64,000 nucleotides of DNA from Dehalococcoidia bacterium. GTDB taxonomy: Bacteria; Chloroflexota; Dehalococcoidia; GIF9; AB-539-J10. This document shows positions 9,410 to 18,022 of the stretch, piece by piece. Each line of letters opens with the position of its first letter. The first letter of the stretch is position 1. The notes under the pieces were generated by a model. The model worked only from the letters and a program-made list of their open reading frames with translations, made no database searches and had not been told where the DNA came from. The stretch covers positions 195,051 to 259,050 of the forward strand of contig DAOUDP010000017.1 of assembly GCA_034431195.1 (NCBI GenBank), given 5' to 3'. The position numbers and the translations under genes are program-made.

Positions 9410-10495
9410 ATGCCTGGCTCAGCGCGAAGGACCGGGATTGCCAATCTACCGCTGCATTATGGCAAGGTGCCTCCGTGGCTGTTTGGACGGATGTCTCAGC
9501 TTGCTCGGGAGATTGCCATTGTCATCGTTGATGAGTTTAGTGTTGAAGAGATGCTTCGCCGCCTTTCCGACCCTTTCTGGTTTCAAGCCTTTGGCTGTGT
9601 TCTAGGCTATGACTGGCATTCCAGCGGTGTTACCACAACCGTCTGCGGTGCCCTGAAAGAAGGGATGAGAGGATTGGAAAAAGAACTCGGCTTGTTCGTT
9701 GCCGGCGGCAAAGGCAGGACTTCTCGAAAGACTCCTGCTGAAATAGAAAACTCTGGGCATCTGCTAAAGGTAAATCCATCACCTCTGGTTTATGCCAGCC
9801 GAATGTCAGCTAAAGTGGATAATTCAGCCCTTCAGGATGGTTATCAGCTCTATCACCACACTTTCTTCTTCACCAAAGGCGGCTCCTGGGCAGTTATTCA
9901 GCAGGGCATGAATGAAATCAACCGCTATGCTCGGCGATACCACTGGCTGGGGGAGAAAGTTACCGATTTTGTTTGCGAGCCTGAGTCTGCTATCTGCTCT
10001 CAGGGTAGAGGTGAGGCGCTGAATCTGGTGGCTTCAGAAAGCACAAAGGCAAGGAATGTCATCGCTCAGGTTGCCACTGAGGAGAAACCAGAAAAAATTG
10101 TGATTCAGTTGAGTAAATTGAAAACGTTAAACCTGCCCCGGCGACCTTACATCACGCTGGAGGACATCCACCCTGACAGACTGAGCAAGATTTTCACCAT
10201 TGCCTACGAGCATCAGCCGCAAGATTTCGAATCACTGCTCGGGCTTGAAGGTGTAGGACCAAAGACGCTTCGCGCCCTCAGCCTTATCTCGGAGCTGGTG
10301 TACAATACACCAGTCAGTCTGCGTGACCCGGCAAGTTATAGCTTTGCCCACGGCGGTAAGGATGGTCATCCCTATCCTGTGGATAGAAAAACTTACGATA
10401 GCAGCATCCAGTTTCTGGCTCGAGCTCTGGACAAAGCCAGAATCGGGGACAAAGAGAAGCTTGAAGCCTTGCGTCGTCTGAAGGCATGGCAGTGA
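9410..10495 (+). CDS. DUF763-like protein with C-terminal helix-hairpin-helix motif; probable start at ATG 9410 rather than listed 9260
   Basis: RTGIANLPLHYGKVPPWLF N-terminus resembles archaeal/bacterial DUF763 proteins; LEGVGPKTLRALSL HhH motif; TATAAT at 9395-9400 lies 9 nt upstream of ATG 9410. Confidence 0.55.
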   Translation: MPGSARRTGIANLPLHYGKVPPWLFGRMSQLAREIAIVIVDEFSVEEMLRRLSDPFWFQAFGCVLGYDWHSSGVTTTVCGALKEGMRGLEKELGLFVAGGKGRTSRKTPAEIENSGHLLKVNPSPLVYASRMSAKVDNSALQDGYQLYHHTFFFTKGGSWAVIQQGMNEINRYARRYHWLGEKVTDFVCEPESAICSQGRGEALNLVASESTKARNVIAQVATEEKPEKIVIQLSKLKTLNLPRRPYITLEDIHPDRLSKIFTIAYEHQPQDFESLLGLEGVGPKTLRALSLISELVYNTPVSLRDPASYSFAHGGKDGHPYPVDRKTYDSSIQFLARALDKARIGDKEKLEALRRLKAWQ

Positions 10496-10537
10496 GAATT
10501 GACCCAACTATGCACCTGATTTAACATAAGCAGCAAA

Positions 10538-11878
10538 ATGACCGATTTCAATATTGCACCTTATGTGTCCCACATCGAGGCTAACCGTTCGGTTAAGGAC
10601 GCCGTGATGGAGAAGCTACAGGAGCGTCGCCCTCCCTATCGCGTCTCGGTAACTGACTTAACCAATTTGAAGCAAGCTTATTTCCGCAGAAAGCATCCCG
10701 AGATAGTCCCCCCTCTGGAGAAACAGCAGCTCATGTGGAAGGGGACCGGGTTTCACAAGCTTTTTGGCTTCGCTGTATCCAGCGAGGAATATCTGGAGCA
10801 ATTTGTGGAGACTGAAGGTGTGGTGGGTAAAATTGACATCTACGAAAATGTTCCCGTGGAGGTTAAAACGACTTCAGCATTGGCGAAGGGAAAAAGCTTA
10901 CTCCAGCAAAGACCGACTTACATTGAGCAAGTAGGCATGTATTGTGCTATGGTCAATGTTGGGGATGGAAAGATTGTCATTTACGAACGGCAGGGTGCAG
11001 AGGAATCGGGTGTGGTTCCTCTTACCGCCTATCATGTCACCTTTCCCAGCTTGGAAGCAGTTCGGGAAGAGATGCGTCGCAGGCGAGACTTATTGATTCA
11101 GGCGCTCATCTCCAACGACCCCAGCAACTTGCCTGTATGTGACTGGTTTGGCAGAGGATGCGACTATTCTGCAGTGTGCGACTGCGGCACCAGCTCGGTG
11201 CCCCCATCACACAAAATCGCTGAGTTAGCGGAGCAGGTTCAAATTGATGTGGCTACCCGCCAGCAACTGCTGGATAAACTTGGCAAGCCAAAGCCATCGC
11301 AGCTATTTCGCACTACCGACCTCGTCTTTCCCCGCAAGGCATATTTCGAGCGTCGCAAATCCTTGGAGACCATTTCAGAGGAGGAGGCAGCTGAGGAAAA
11401 AGGAGAATCCCTCCGCTCTATGGAGGAGGCGGGCTTTGTGGGCGCCCTCAAAGGGCTCATCCAGTTTGGTTCTCCCGGGGAAGTGGAAAATATTCCGATT
11501 CAGCATGCTTCGCTCAGCGACCTGGTTCGGCTCCGCCAGGGTTTGCCCACTATGGTGCGCATCCCTAAGTTCCAGTCACTTGTGGAACGGGGGCGGCTGC
11601 CTTCAGCATTTCCACACTATTTTTATCGCCTGGGCTTTGATTGTGCGTTAATAGACCATCCTAAAGGCAGACTATTTCTTTACTATGCTAATATCAGGGA
11701 TGAGAATGCCAAGATGATGGTCTATGATGTTTCCTTCAGAAACCTGGGTGCTATAAAGGCTGAGGCGATACGCCGCATAGAGCTTCTGGAAAAGGCGACT
11801 TCAGTAGCCCAGCTTCCGAGATGTCCTTCGTGGATGTGCCGCTATTGTTCCTACAGAGACGAATGCGGCGAGATTTAG
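10538..11878 (+). CDS. RecB/Cas4-like PD-(D/E)XK nuclease with two homologous domains, each ending in a 4-Cys cluster
   Basis: Domain 1 has GKIDIY (D), EVK (ExK), QVGMY (QxxxY) and C-x5-C-x5-C-x-C; domain 2 aligns with domain 1 but lacks D/ExK and ends C-x4-C-x2-C-x5-C. Confidence 0.6.
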   Translation: MTDFNIAPYVSHIEANRSVKDAVMEKLQERRPPYRVSVTDLTNLKQAYFRRKHPEIVPPLEKQQLMWKGTGFHKLFGFAVSSEEYLEQFVETEGVVGKIDIYENVPVEVKTTSALAKGKSLLQQRPTYIEQVGMYCAMVNVGDGKIVIYERQGAEESGVVPLTAYHVTFPSLEAVREEMRRRRDLLIQALISNDPSNLPVCDWFGRGCDYSAVCDCGTSSVPPSHKIAELAEQVQIDVATRQQLLDKLGKPKPSQLFRTTDLVFPRKAYFERRKSLETISEEEAAEEKGESLRSMEEAGFVGALKGLIQFGSPGEVENIPIQHASLSDLVRLRQGLPTMVRIPKFQSLVERGRLPSAFPHYFYRLGFDCALIDHPKGRLFLYYANIRDENAKMMVYDVSFRNLGAIKAEAIRRIELLEKATSVAQLPRCPSWMCRYCSYRDECGEI

Positions 11879-11988
11879 CAAAGCTGCAGCAAAGCATGGA
11901 GCCTTTTAGATATAATAAGGCTGACAAAGGATGCAGGGAATAATAAGCTCGCATATATCGAAGTTATCTACCACGCCGCTGTTGTCGG

Positions 11989-12825
11989 GTGAGACTAAAA
12001 GTTGGGGTGAGAAGTAATATGATCGAGGTCAACCAGTTTGAGGAAGTTGTTCAAATCAAGATGAGCCGTGAGTTTGAAGGGCAACCGCTTTACTGGGTTG
12101 CGGCGTACCTTGTTGACGGGCTCCTTATTGATACCGGCTGTAAGCATACGGATGAGGAGTTGGTCGAATTTCTGGATGGGCAGAATCTCAAATTCGCCGT
12201 AAACACGCATTATCACGAAGACCATATCGGTGCCAATCATCTTTTGAAGCAGAAATTTGGCATCGAGATATTTGCACCTCGTGAATCAGTTCCTCTCATC
12301 AACCAGGTTCCCAAGTTGTATCCATATCAGGAGATGGTTTGGGGTTATCCGGAGCCCACTGAAGTGGATTGTTTGACTGAGAGAGTAGAAACTGGTCATT
12401 TTCACTTTGATGTGGTAGAGACTCCCGGGCATTGTAACGGACACGTGGCATTAATAGAGCCTGAAAAAGGGTGGTGCTTTTCGGCGGACCTTTTTATTTC
12501 GGAAAAGCCAAGGGTTATCCGCCCAGAGGAGGATATCACGGGCATTACAAGGTCAATGAAAAAGCTCGTTGCTCTCGAGACCGACAGACTTATTCTATTT
12601 ACCTCCATGGGCAATGTGGTACAGGATGGCCGCAATGCCCTTCAAACATGTATAGAATACTTCCAGGACTTGTCTCGAAGAGCAAAGCAGCTTGAAAAAA
12701 AGGGTCTCTCGGTTGTTGCTATTCGGGATGAAGTTTTCGGGAGAGAAAGTTCCCTTGCTGGTCTTACAGATGGACAGTTCTCGTCTGAAAACCTGGTCCG
12801 AGCTGCTCTTCGTGCACAGATATGA
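11989..12825 (+). CDS. MBL-fold metallo-hydrolase
   Basis: HYHEDHIGANH zinc-binding motif, downstream H and D ligands (TPGHCNGH, FSADLF); alternative start at ATG 12019. Confidence 0.8.
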   Translation: MRLKVGVRSNMIEVNQFEEVVQIKMSREFEGQPLYWVAAYLVDGLLIDTGCKHTDEELVEFLDGQNLKFAVNTHYHEDHIGANHLLKQKFGIEIFAPRESVPLINQVPKLYPYQEMVWGYPEPTEVDCLTERVETGHFHFDVVETPGHCNGHVALIEPEKGWCFSADLFISEKPRVIRPEEDITGITRSMKKLVALETDRLILFTSMGNVVQDGRNALQTCIEYFQDLSRRAKQLEKKGLSVVAIRDEVFGRESSLAGLTDGQFSSENLVRAALRAQI

Positions 12826-12942
12826 TTTACCATGAGCGGCACACGCAGATAACAACCTGTTTGCAGAAAAGGCAACGAAACACGATTCCATGAATGAGGA
12901 ATCAAGACGCTGGAGAATTATAGATGTATCTGGGGGTAATTT

Positions 12943-14037
12943 GTGAAACTTAAAAAGGTTGCCAAATGGACTTTGCTAAGTCTAGTAATTATCCTTGTAT
13001 CCCTTTCAGCCTGGGGATGGCTGGTCACCTATCATCCCGCTGAGGTGCAATCAGAGCCGATAATTTGCTCTGACCAGACACCTATTTTGAGTCCAGGGCA
13101 GAAACTGAAGGTGTTAAATTGGAATGTGCAGTTTATGGCAGGCAAGAATTATGTCTTTTTCTATGATTTACCAGATGGTTCTGGGCCTGATGAAAGACCC
13201 TCACCAGAAGATATTACTAAGACCTTCAGTGAAGTCTCCCGCATTATCCAGGATGAAAAGCCCGACATTATTTTGTTGCAAGAGGTTGATGCTGGAGCGA
13301 AACGCACAGATTATGAAGACCAACTGGCTCGCCTATTATCGTTACTACCTGAGGAATATAGCTGCTATACTTCTGCATTCGAGTGGAAAGCCTCTTTTGT
13401 TCCTCACCCACGGATTATGGGAGCTGTGGGGCTGAAAATAGCTATTATATCTAAATATAGGATAACACAGGCTACTCGCTATCAATTGCCTTTAATGCCC
13501 CAACCAGTAACTCGCGAATTTAACTTAAAGCGGGCTGTTTTAGAAGTCCATATGCCTGTAGAAAATGCTACAAATTTCGTAGTGTTAAACACGCATTTGG
13601 AAGCTTTTGCGCAGGGTACCGACACCCTGGAAAAACAAGTTAATCAAGTAGAATCTATTTTAGAAAACCTGACCCAAGAGGGCTATCCCTGGATTATAGG
13701 AGGCGATTTCAATTCGCTACCTCCTGGCAAAGCCTATGGTCTATTACAGGAAGAACAAAAGAAATATTATAGCCAGAAAACGGAAATAGAGTCCTTATTT
13801 GAAAAATACCAGGCTGTGCCCAGCTTGCCAGAAGTTAATAGTCCCGACTGTGAACAATGGTTCACGCACTTTCCCAACGACCCTGGCGTAGGAAAGCCCG
13901 ATAGGACTATTGATTATATCTTCCTAGCGAATAACGTTACCTTAGAAAAGCATTGTGTAAGGCAGTATGATACCCTGACAATATCAGACCATCTGCCTGT
14001 GCTGGCTGAGTTTGAACTACCTTCTTCCCCTGAATAA
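12943..14037 (+). CDS. endonuclease/exonuclease/phosphatase (EEP) family protein with N-terminal membrane anchor or signal
   Basis: Hydrophobic N-terminus (WTLLSLVIILVSLSAWGWLV), LNWNVQF, ILLQEVD, GGDFN, SDHLPV motifs of the DNase I-like EEP fold. Confidence 0.8.
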   Translation: MKLKKVAKWTLLSLVIILVSLSAWGWLVTYHPAEVQSEPIICSDQTPILSPGQKLKVLNWNVQFMAGKNYVFFYDLPDGSGPDERPSPEDITKTFSEVSRIIQDEKPDIILLQEVDAGAKRTDYEDQLARLLSLLPEEYSCYTSAFEWKASFVPHPRIMGAVGLKIAIISKYRITQATRYQLPLMPQPVTREFNLKRAVLEVHMPVENATNFVVLNTHLEAFAQGTDTLEKQVNQVESILENLTQEGYPWIIGGDFNSLPPGKAYGLLQEEQKKYYSQKTEIESLFEKYQAVPSLPEVNSPDCEQWFTHFPNDPGVGKPDRTIDYIFLANNVTLEKHCVRQYDTLTISDHLPVLAEFELPSSPE

Positions 14038-14120
14038 TGAGGCGTGGATAGGCAATGAGATGTTCTCAAGGGGTGTTTCTTGCGGTATACCCACTTGCCC
14101 CGGGTGCTGTTATAATCTAA

Positions 14121-14612
14121 GTGATGAACTGGGTTGATATAGTCATTATAGCTGGCGCCGTTCTATTCGGTTTGTTAGGGCTGTGGCAAGGATTTATCAA
14201 GGCATTATTCGGGATTTTAGGGTTGATAGTTGGAATAGCGCTGGCGGGGCATTTTTATCAAGGGCTTGCGTTAAAGCTTTCCTCGGAGGGTGCTGCATGG
14301 GCGGGGGTAGCTGCCTATGCCATTATTCTGGTAGGCACGGTAATCGTTGCTGGTGTAGCTGGCTGGTTTGTGGCTAAGATGGTTCACATTTTGCCCTTTG
14401 GCTGGCTGGATAGGCTGCTCGGCTTTATTCTGGGAGCTTTTATGGGAAGCATGCTGTGTGCTGCCGTGTTTGCCATCCTGTGCAAATATGTCCCCGGCGT
14501 GGAAGCTGCTGTGGCACAATCTGCGGTGGCAGCAACAGTGATGAAGGGATTTCCGCTGTTATTGGCTCTTCTTCCTGATAATTTTGATTTCCTCAGCGGA
14601 CTGTTTACTTAG
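14121..14612 (+). CDS. CvpA family membrane protein
   Basis: Four predicted TM helices; MNWVDIVIIAGAVLFGLLGLWQGFIKALFGILG N-terminus typical of CvpA; ATG at 14124 lies 7 nt after TATAAT 14111-14116, so the start may be leaderless. Confidence 0.72.
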   Translation: MMNWVDIVIIAGAVLFGLLGLWQGFIKALFGILGLIVGIALAGHFYQGLALKLSSEGAAWAGVAAYAIILVGTVIVAGVAGWFVAKMVHILPFGWLDRLLGFILGAFMGSMLCAAVFAILCKYVPGVEAAVAQSAVAATVMKGFPLLLALLPDNFDFLSGLFT

Positions 14613-14937
14613 CGCCTTTCAGGATATTATCTATTATCTGCTTAAGTTCCCTTTTAGGTTTGTAGCCAACGATTTGCTGCACTGGCTGACCATTCTGGAA
14701 AACGAGCATGGTGGGAATGGCAGCGATGCCATACTTGGCGGCGATGGAGCTATTTCCATCCACATTGACCTTGGCAAAATTTACCTTTCCTTGATATTCC
14801 TTAGCCAGCTCTTCCAAAATAGGAGCGGCAGCCAGGCAAGGGCCACACCATTCTGCCCAGAAATCCACCAGAACCGGCGCTTTTGATTGTAAGACATCTT
14901 TTTCAAAGTCAGCTTCACTGTTTATTGTTATCATCAC
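14605..14937 (-). CDS. trxA: thioredoxin
   Basis: 110 aa with WCGPC active site. Confidence 0.92.
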   Translation of the reverse strand: MMITINSEADFEKDVLQSKAPVLVDFWAEWCGPCLAAAPILEELAKEYQGKVNFAKVNVDGNSSIAAKYGIAAIPTMLVFQNGQPVQQIVGYKPKRELKQIIDNILKGAK

Positions 14938-14952
14938 TCCTCCTTCTGGGAT

Positions 14953-15834
14953 TCAACAGCGATTGAGATTGCTTCGCTTCGCTCGCAATGACAATGGGGG
15001 CTTGCGATGACGATGGGGACTCGTAATGACATTTTCCAGGGAAAAGAACTCTATGGCATTCCTGGTAGTGTACTCAGCCACTGCAGCCTCGTCAATTCTC
15101 TTGAGTTGAGCCACAGCGCCGAGACTTCTGGTTATGTCACCAGGAGCGGAACGATATCTTGTCCCCCGGCCATAATATACCGGACAATCGGTTTCCAGAA
15201 GCAACTTATCCATTGGCGTTTCCTTAACCGCCCTCCTATGCTCTTCATGATATTCAGCGGCAGGAGTGGCGGAGACATAATAGCCGCCGTTAATTATATC
15301 CCTGAGGACACTGGAAAAGCCAGTAAACCAGTGAAAAACGGCTTTAGCTATGCCAGCATCTTGGACTAATTGTAGCCCATCTCTCCAGGCATACCTGGTG
15401 TGAAGGCTCACCGGCTTGTCGTATTTTTTAGCTAACCGTAAAAAGCGTGCTAACACTTCTTTTTGGAATTCTTTGGATGCTCTTTTTACCACCCTCTTGT
15501 CGTAATCCAGTCCTATCTCACCGATAGCAATTGCTTGGGAGATATTCTGCTTGATGAATTCCAGTTCACCATTGACCTGGGAAGAATTGAGTTCGCCTAA
15601 TTGCCACGGGTGCAATCCCAGTGCCGGGAAAACGAAGGAGGGATATTTCTGAGAAATCTCCAGCGTTTTTATATTCGAGCGATAATCTGAGCCCACGGCT
15701 ATGATGGCGACGATGCCCCTTTCCCGGGCATTATCAAGTGTAGAATCGAGATTTTGTAATTCATCCAGGTGAGCGTGAGTATCGATAAGGCTATACAACT
15801 TCAGGTTGCTTTTCAGGGCGTGTTTGCTCGGCAC
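14953..15834 (-). CDS. tatD: TatD-family metal-dependent hydrolase; C-terminal ~25 aa encoded by a repeat element; alternative TTG start near 15798
   Basis: IDTHAHLD, EIGLDY and ETDCP motifs; terminal ...SPHRHRKPPLSLRAKRSNLNRC is translated from the repeat at 14961-15035. Confidence 0.83.
   Translation of the reverse strand: MPSKHALKSNLKLYSLIDTHAHLDELQNLDSTLDNARERGIVAIIAVGSDYRSNIKTLEISQKYPSFVFPALGLHPWQLGELNSSQVNGELEFIKQNISQAIAIGEIGLDYDKRVVKRASKEFQKEVLARFLRLAKKYDKPVSLHTRYAWRDGLQLVQDAGIAKAVFHWFTGFSSVLRDIINGGYYVSATPAAEYHEEHRRAVKETPMDKLLLETDCPVYYGRGTRYRSAPGDITRSLGAVAQLKRIDEAAVAEYTTRNAIEFFSLENVITSPHRHRKPPLSLRAKRSNLNRC
14961..15035. repeat. 75-bp composite repeat (three ~19-bp GCTCGCAATGACA-like units ending AATGACATTTT), inserted in-frame at the 3' end of tatD
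   Basis: gattgagattgcttcgcttcgctcgcaatgacaatgggggcttgcgatgacgatggggactcgtaatgacatttt; near-identical architecture to 36291-36366. Confidence 0.7.
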
Positions 15835-16231
15835 GCATTTTCTTGTAATACGTGAGTCCCAGTTCAGTGGGCTTGTAGCTATAAAGGGAGAATTGTCCGG
15901 TTTCCCTGGTAATCATGGTTGCCGAGAGAAGCACTTTCACCGCTGTCTCTCCAGTTTGTCCTACCAGAAGGAGATGGTGGTCAGGCACCGGCTTATCGGT
16001 GTCTTCATATTCCTCACAAATGCTGGTTAGCAACTTTGCGGGCTCCTCTACCAGGTTCTTGAGAATCTCCTGCATTGCCTCAGTCTTTCTGATTATGTCG
16101 ACGAAATTTTCAAAAGCACCCATTTGACCCAAATGTATTTTAGACCATCGGATGGTAATATGACAAATAACGACTATTCGTTCACATGATTGGTGGTAAT
16201 ACACAGCTTCTTCTTGGTCGCTGTGAGGCAT
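15791..16231 (-). CDS. hypothetical protein (~146 aa); start at second ATG (16231) because the first ATG lies inside the repeat
   Basis: AAGGAG 6 nt upstream of ATG 16231; first listed ATG (16249) is part of repeat core gcaatgacaag; no recognisable domain. Confidence 0.45.
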   Translation of the reverse strand: MPHSDQEEAVYYHQSCERIVVICHITIRWSKIHLGQMGAFENFVDIIRKTEAMQEILKNLVEEPAKLLTSICEEYEDTDKPVPDHHLLLVGQTGETAVKVLLSATMITRETGQFSLYSYKPTELGLTYYKKMRAEQTRPEKQPEVV

Positions 16232-16241
16232 GTTCTCCTTT

Positions 16242-16585
16242 CTTGTCATTGCGAGGAGCGCCCCTCTTGTCGTTGCCGGGAAATCCTAAACTCAAATTAG
16301 TAGCTATCAGCTATCAGCCATTAGCTAACTGCTGACTGCTGATTACTGACTGCTTTTTCATATTGTTTAGTGTTTCGGATTTGGGATTTAGAGTTTTCTT
16401 TGTAAGGGATTGCCGCGCTTCGCTCGCAATGACAGTAAGAAAGGCTCGCAATGACACTAAGAAGGGCTCGAAATGATAATCTCCTTATTGTCACCCTGAG
16501 CGATAGCGAAGGGTCTGAAGGAGATTCTTCGGTCGCTGTGCTTCCTCAGAATGACAGTAAAAAGGGGCTCGCAATTACAGTGAAA
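16242..16585. mobile_element. MITE-like ~345-bp repeat element with GTCATTGCGAGG... / ...GCTCGCAATGAC inverted termini and internal tandem ~22-bp units
   Basis: Shares start (cttgtcattgcgaggagNgcccctcttgtcNttgccgggaaatcctaaactcaaa), internal tagctatcagc/gactgctttttcat blocks and terminal gctcgcaatgac with the copy at 25920-26155; no ORF. Confidence 0.6.
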
Positions 16586-16587
16586 AG

Positions 16588-17439
16588 TTGACGCTAAAAT
16601 TTGACGATGTTACAGTTGATTTACCTGTGAAGAGGATAGGTATTTTATACCACCCCAAGCTGGAGAAAGCTCGAAATTTGGTTGGCGAGCTGGAAGGGCT
16701 ATTGTCCACCAAGGGAGTTCCCTGCTGGCATTGTTCTGCCTGGGATGAAGACGAGGCTAGAGCTCAGGTAGCTGGCTCAGATTTAATCCTCAGCATTGGT
16801 GGTGATGGCACTATCCTGCACGCGGCACGGGTTATTATTCCTCTGTCGGTGCCGTTGCTGGGTATAAATTTGGGTGAACTGGGATTTATTGCTGAATTAA
16901 GTGCCGATGAGGCTTTGTCCAACCTACCTCGCGTGATCAATGGTGAGGGCTGGTTTGATGATAGGGCTATGCTTGAAGCCAACGTTGACGGTAGGAGTTT
17001 TCATGCTCTGAACGATGTTGTGCTGCGGAGTCCTATTGCTCGATTGATTCACATAAAGGCGAAAATTGACGGTGAAGAATTAACCACATATCGAGCTGAT
17101 GGTGTTGTCATTGCCTCGGCTACCGGTAGCACCGGCTATTGTCTGGCAGCCGGAGGACCGATTCTTTACCCTCAATCGACTCAAATAATCGCCATGCCGG
17201 TATCGTGTCATCTCGGTTTAAATTATGCAATGGTTTTATCATCACAGAGCGTGATTGAATTAAGCATTGCCGAAAGAGAGGAAGCCATGCTTAGCCTCGA
17301 TGGACAAGTTAATTTGTCCGTGAAAGAGGAGCAAGTGATCATGGTGAAGCTTAGCCCTTATACTACGCGGTTCCTGAGGATCCATCCACCGAGCCACTTC
17401 TATGTCTCGCTATGGCAAAGATTGAAGGAGAAGGGATAG
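16588..17439 (+). CDS. nadK: NAD kinase
   Basis: GGDGT motif (LILSIGGDGTILHAA), NDVV, DGVVIASATGSTGY; listed ORF starts at TTG. Confidence 0.85.
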   Translation: MTLKFDDVTVDLPVKRIGILYHPKLEKARNLVGELEGLLSTKGVPCWHCSAWDEDEARAQVAGSDLILSIGGDGTILHAARVIIPLSVPLLGINLGELGFIAELSADEALSNLPRVINGEGWFDDRAMLEANVDGRSFHALNDVVLRSPIARLIHIKAKIDGEELTTYRADGVVIASATGSTGYCLAAGGPILYPQSTQIIAMPVSCHLGLNYAMVLSSQSVIELSIAEREEAMLSLDGQVNLSVKEEQVIMVKLSPYTTRFLRIHPPSHFYVSLWQRLKEKG

Positions 17440-17440
17440 C

Positions 17441-17893
17441 ATGAAAGTTGATAAAGCAAAGGTGAGCGATGCTGATACAATGCATCGCCTGATTAATCAC
17501 TTTGCTGATAAAGGTGACGTGTTACCTCGCGCTTTAAGCGAGATATATGAGGGTATTAAAGATTTCTTTGTGGCCAGGAACAAAGGGAAAGTTGTCGCCT
17601 GTGCTGCTCTACATGTCATGTGGCTTGATTTAGCTGAAATCAGGTCTGTGGTTGTGGAGGAGGGAAGCCAGAATCAGGAAATTGGCTCTTCGCTTGTCCG
17701 TGCTTGCCTTGATGAGGCTAAAGCTTTAGGCATCCCCACCGTTTTTTCTCTTACCAGTGAACCGTCTTTCTTTGAAAAACATGGGTTTAAATTAATTGAC
17801 AAGGCGGAATTGCCTCGTAAGGTGTGGGGGGAGTGCTACCGCTGCCCTAAATTCCCTGATTGCGATGAGGTGGCTGTTATTTACCACGTTTAA
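17441..17893 (+). CDS. GNAT family N-acetyltransferase (short ArgA-like)
   Basis: 150 aa; acetyl-CoA binding-like segment (EIRSVVVEEGSQNQEIGSSLVRACLDEAKALG) and GNAT fold pattern. Confidence 0.75.
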   Translation: MKVDKAKVSDADTMHRLINHFADKGDVLPRALSEIYEGIKDFFVARNKGKVVACAALHVMWLDLAEIRSVVVEEGSQNQEIGSSLVRACLDEAKALGIPTVFSLTSEPSFFEKHGFKLIDKAELPRKVWGECYRCPKFPDCDEVAVIYHV

Positions 17894-17894
17894 T

Positions 17895-18012
17895 GTCATT
17901 GCGAGGAACAATAGCGGTTGCGAGGCGTAGCCGAAGCAAACTCGGAGCAACAGATTCCTCATTTCACTTGGAACAAGGATTGCCATGCCTTCGGCTCGCA
18001 ATGACAAGGAGG
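17895..18012. repeat. repeat-family copy with inverted GTCATTGCGAGG ... GGCTCGCAATGACAAGGAGG ends; 3' end supplies the SD for the NUDIX gene
   Basis: tgtcattgcgaggaacaatagcggttgcgagg ... gccttcggctcgcaatgacaaggaggag immediately upstream of ATG 18023. Confidence 0.6.
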
Positions 18013-18022
18013 AGGGAAAGTT

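Noticed and set aside
16247-16249. First ATG of ORF 15791..16249 as the start codon
   Set aside because: The ATG is part of the repeat core gcaATGacaag. The second ATG (16231) has an AAGGAG SD and is preferred.
16415-16585. Possible CRISPR array suggested by regularly spaced GGCTCGCAATGACA units
   Set aside because: Units are ~20-22 bp with only ~8-nt variable gaps, so there are no spacers of CRISPR length. They are embedded in a larger MITE-like repeat with no cas genes, and similar units occur in-frame inside genes.
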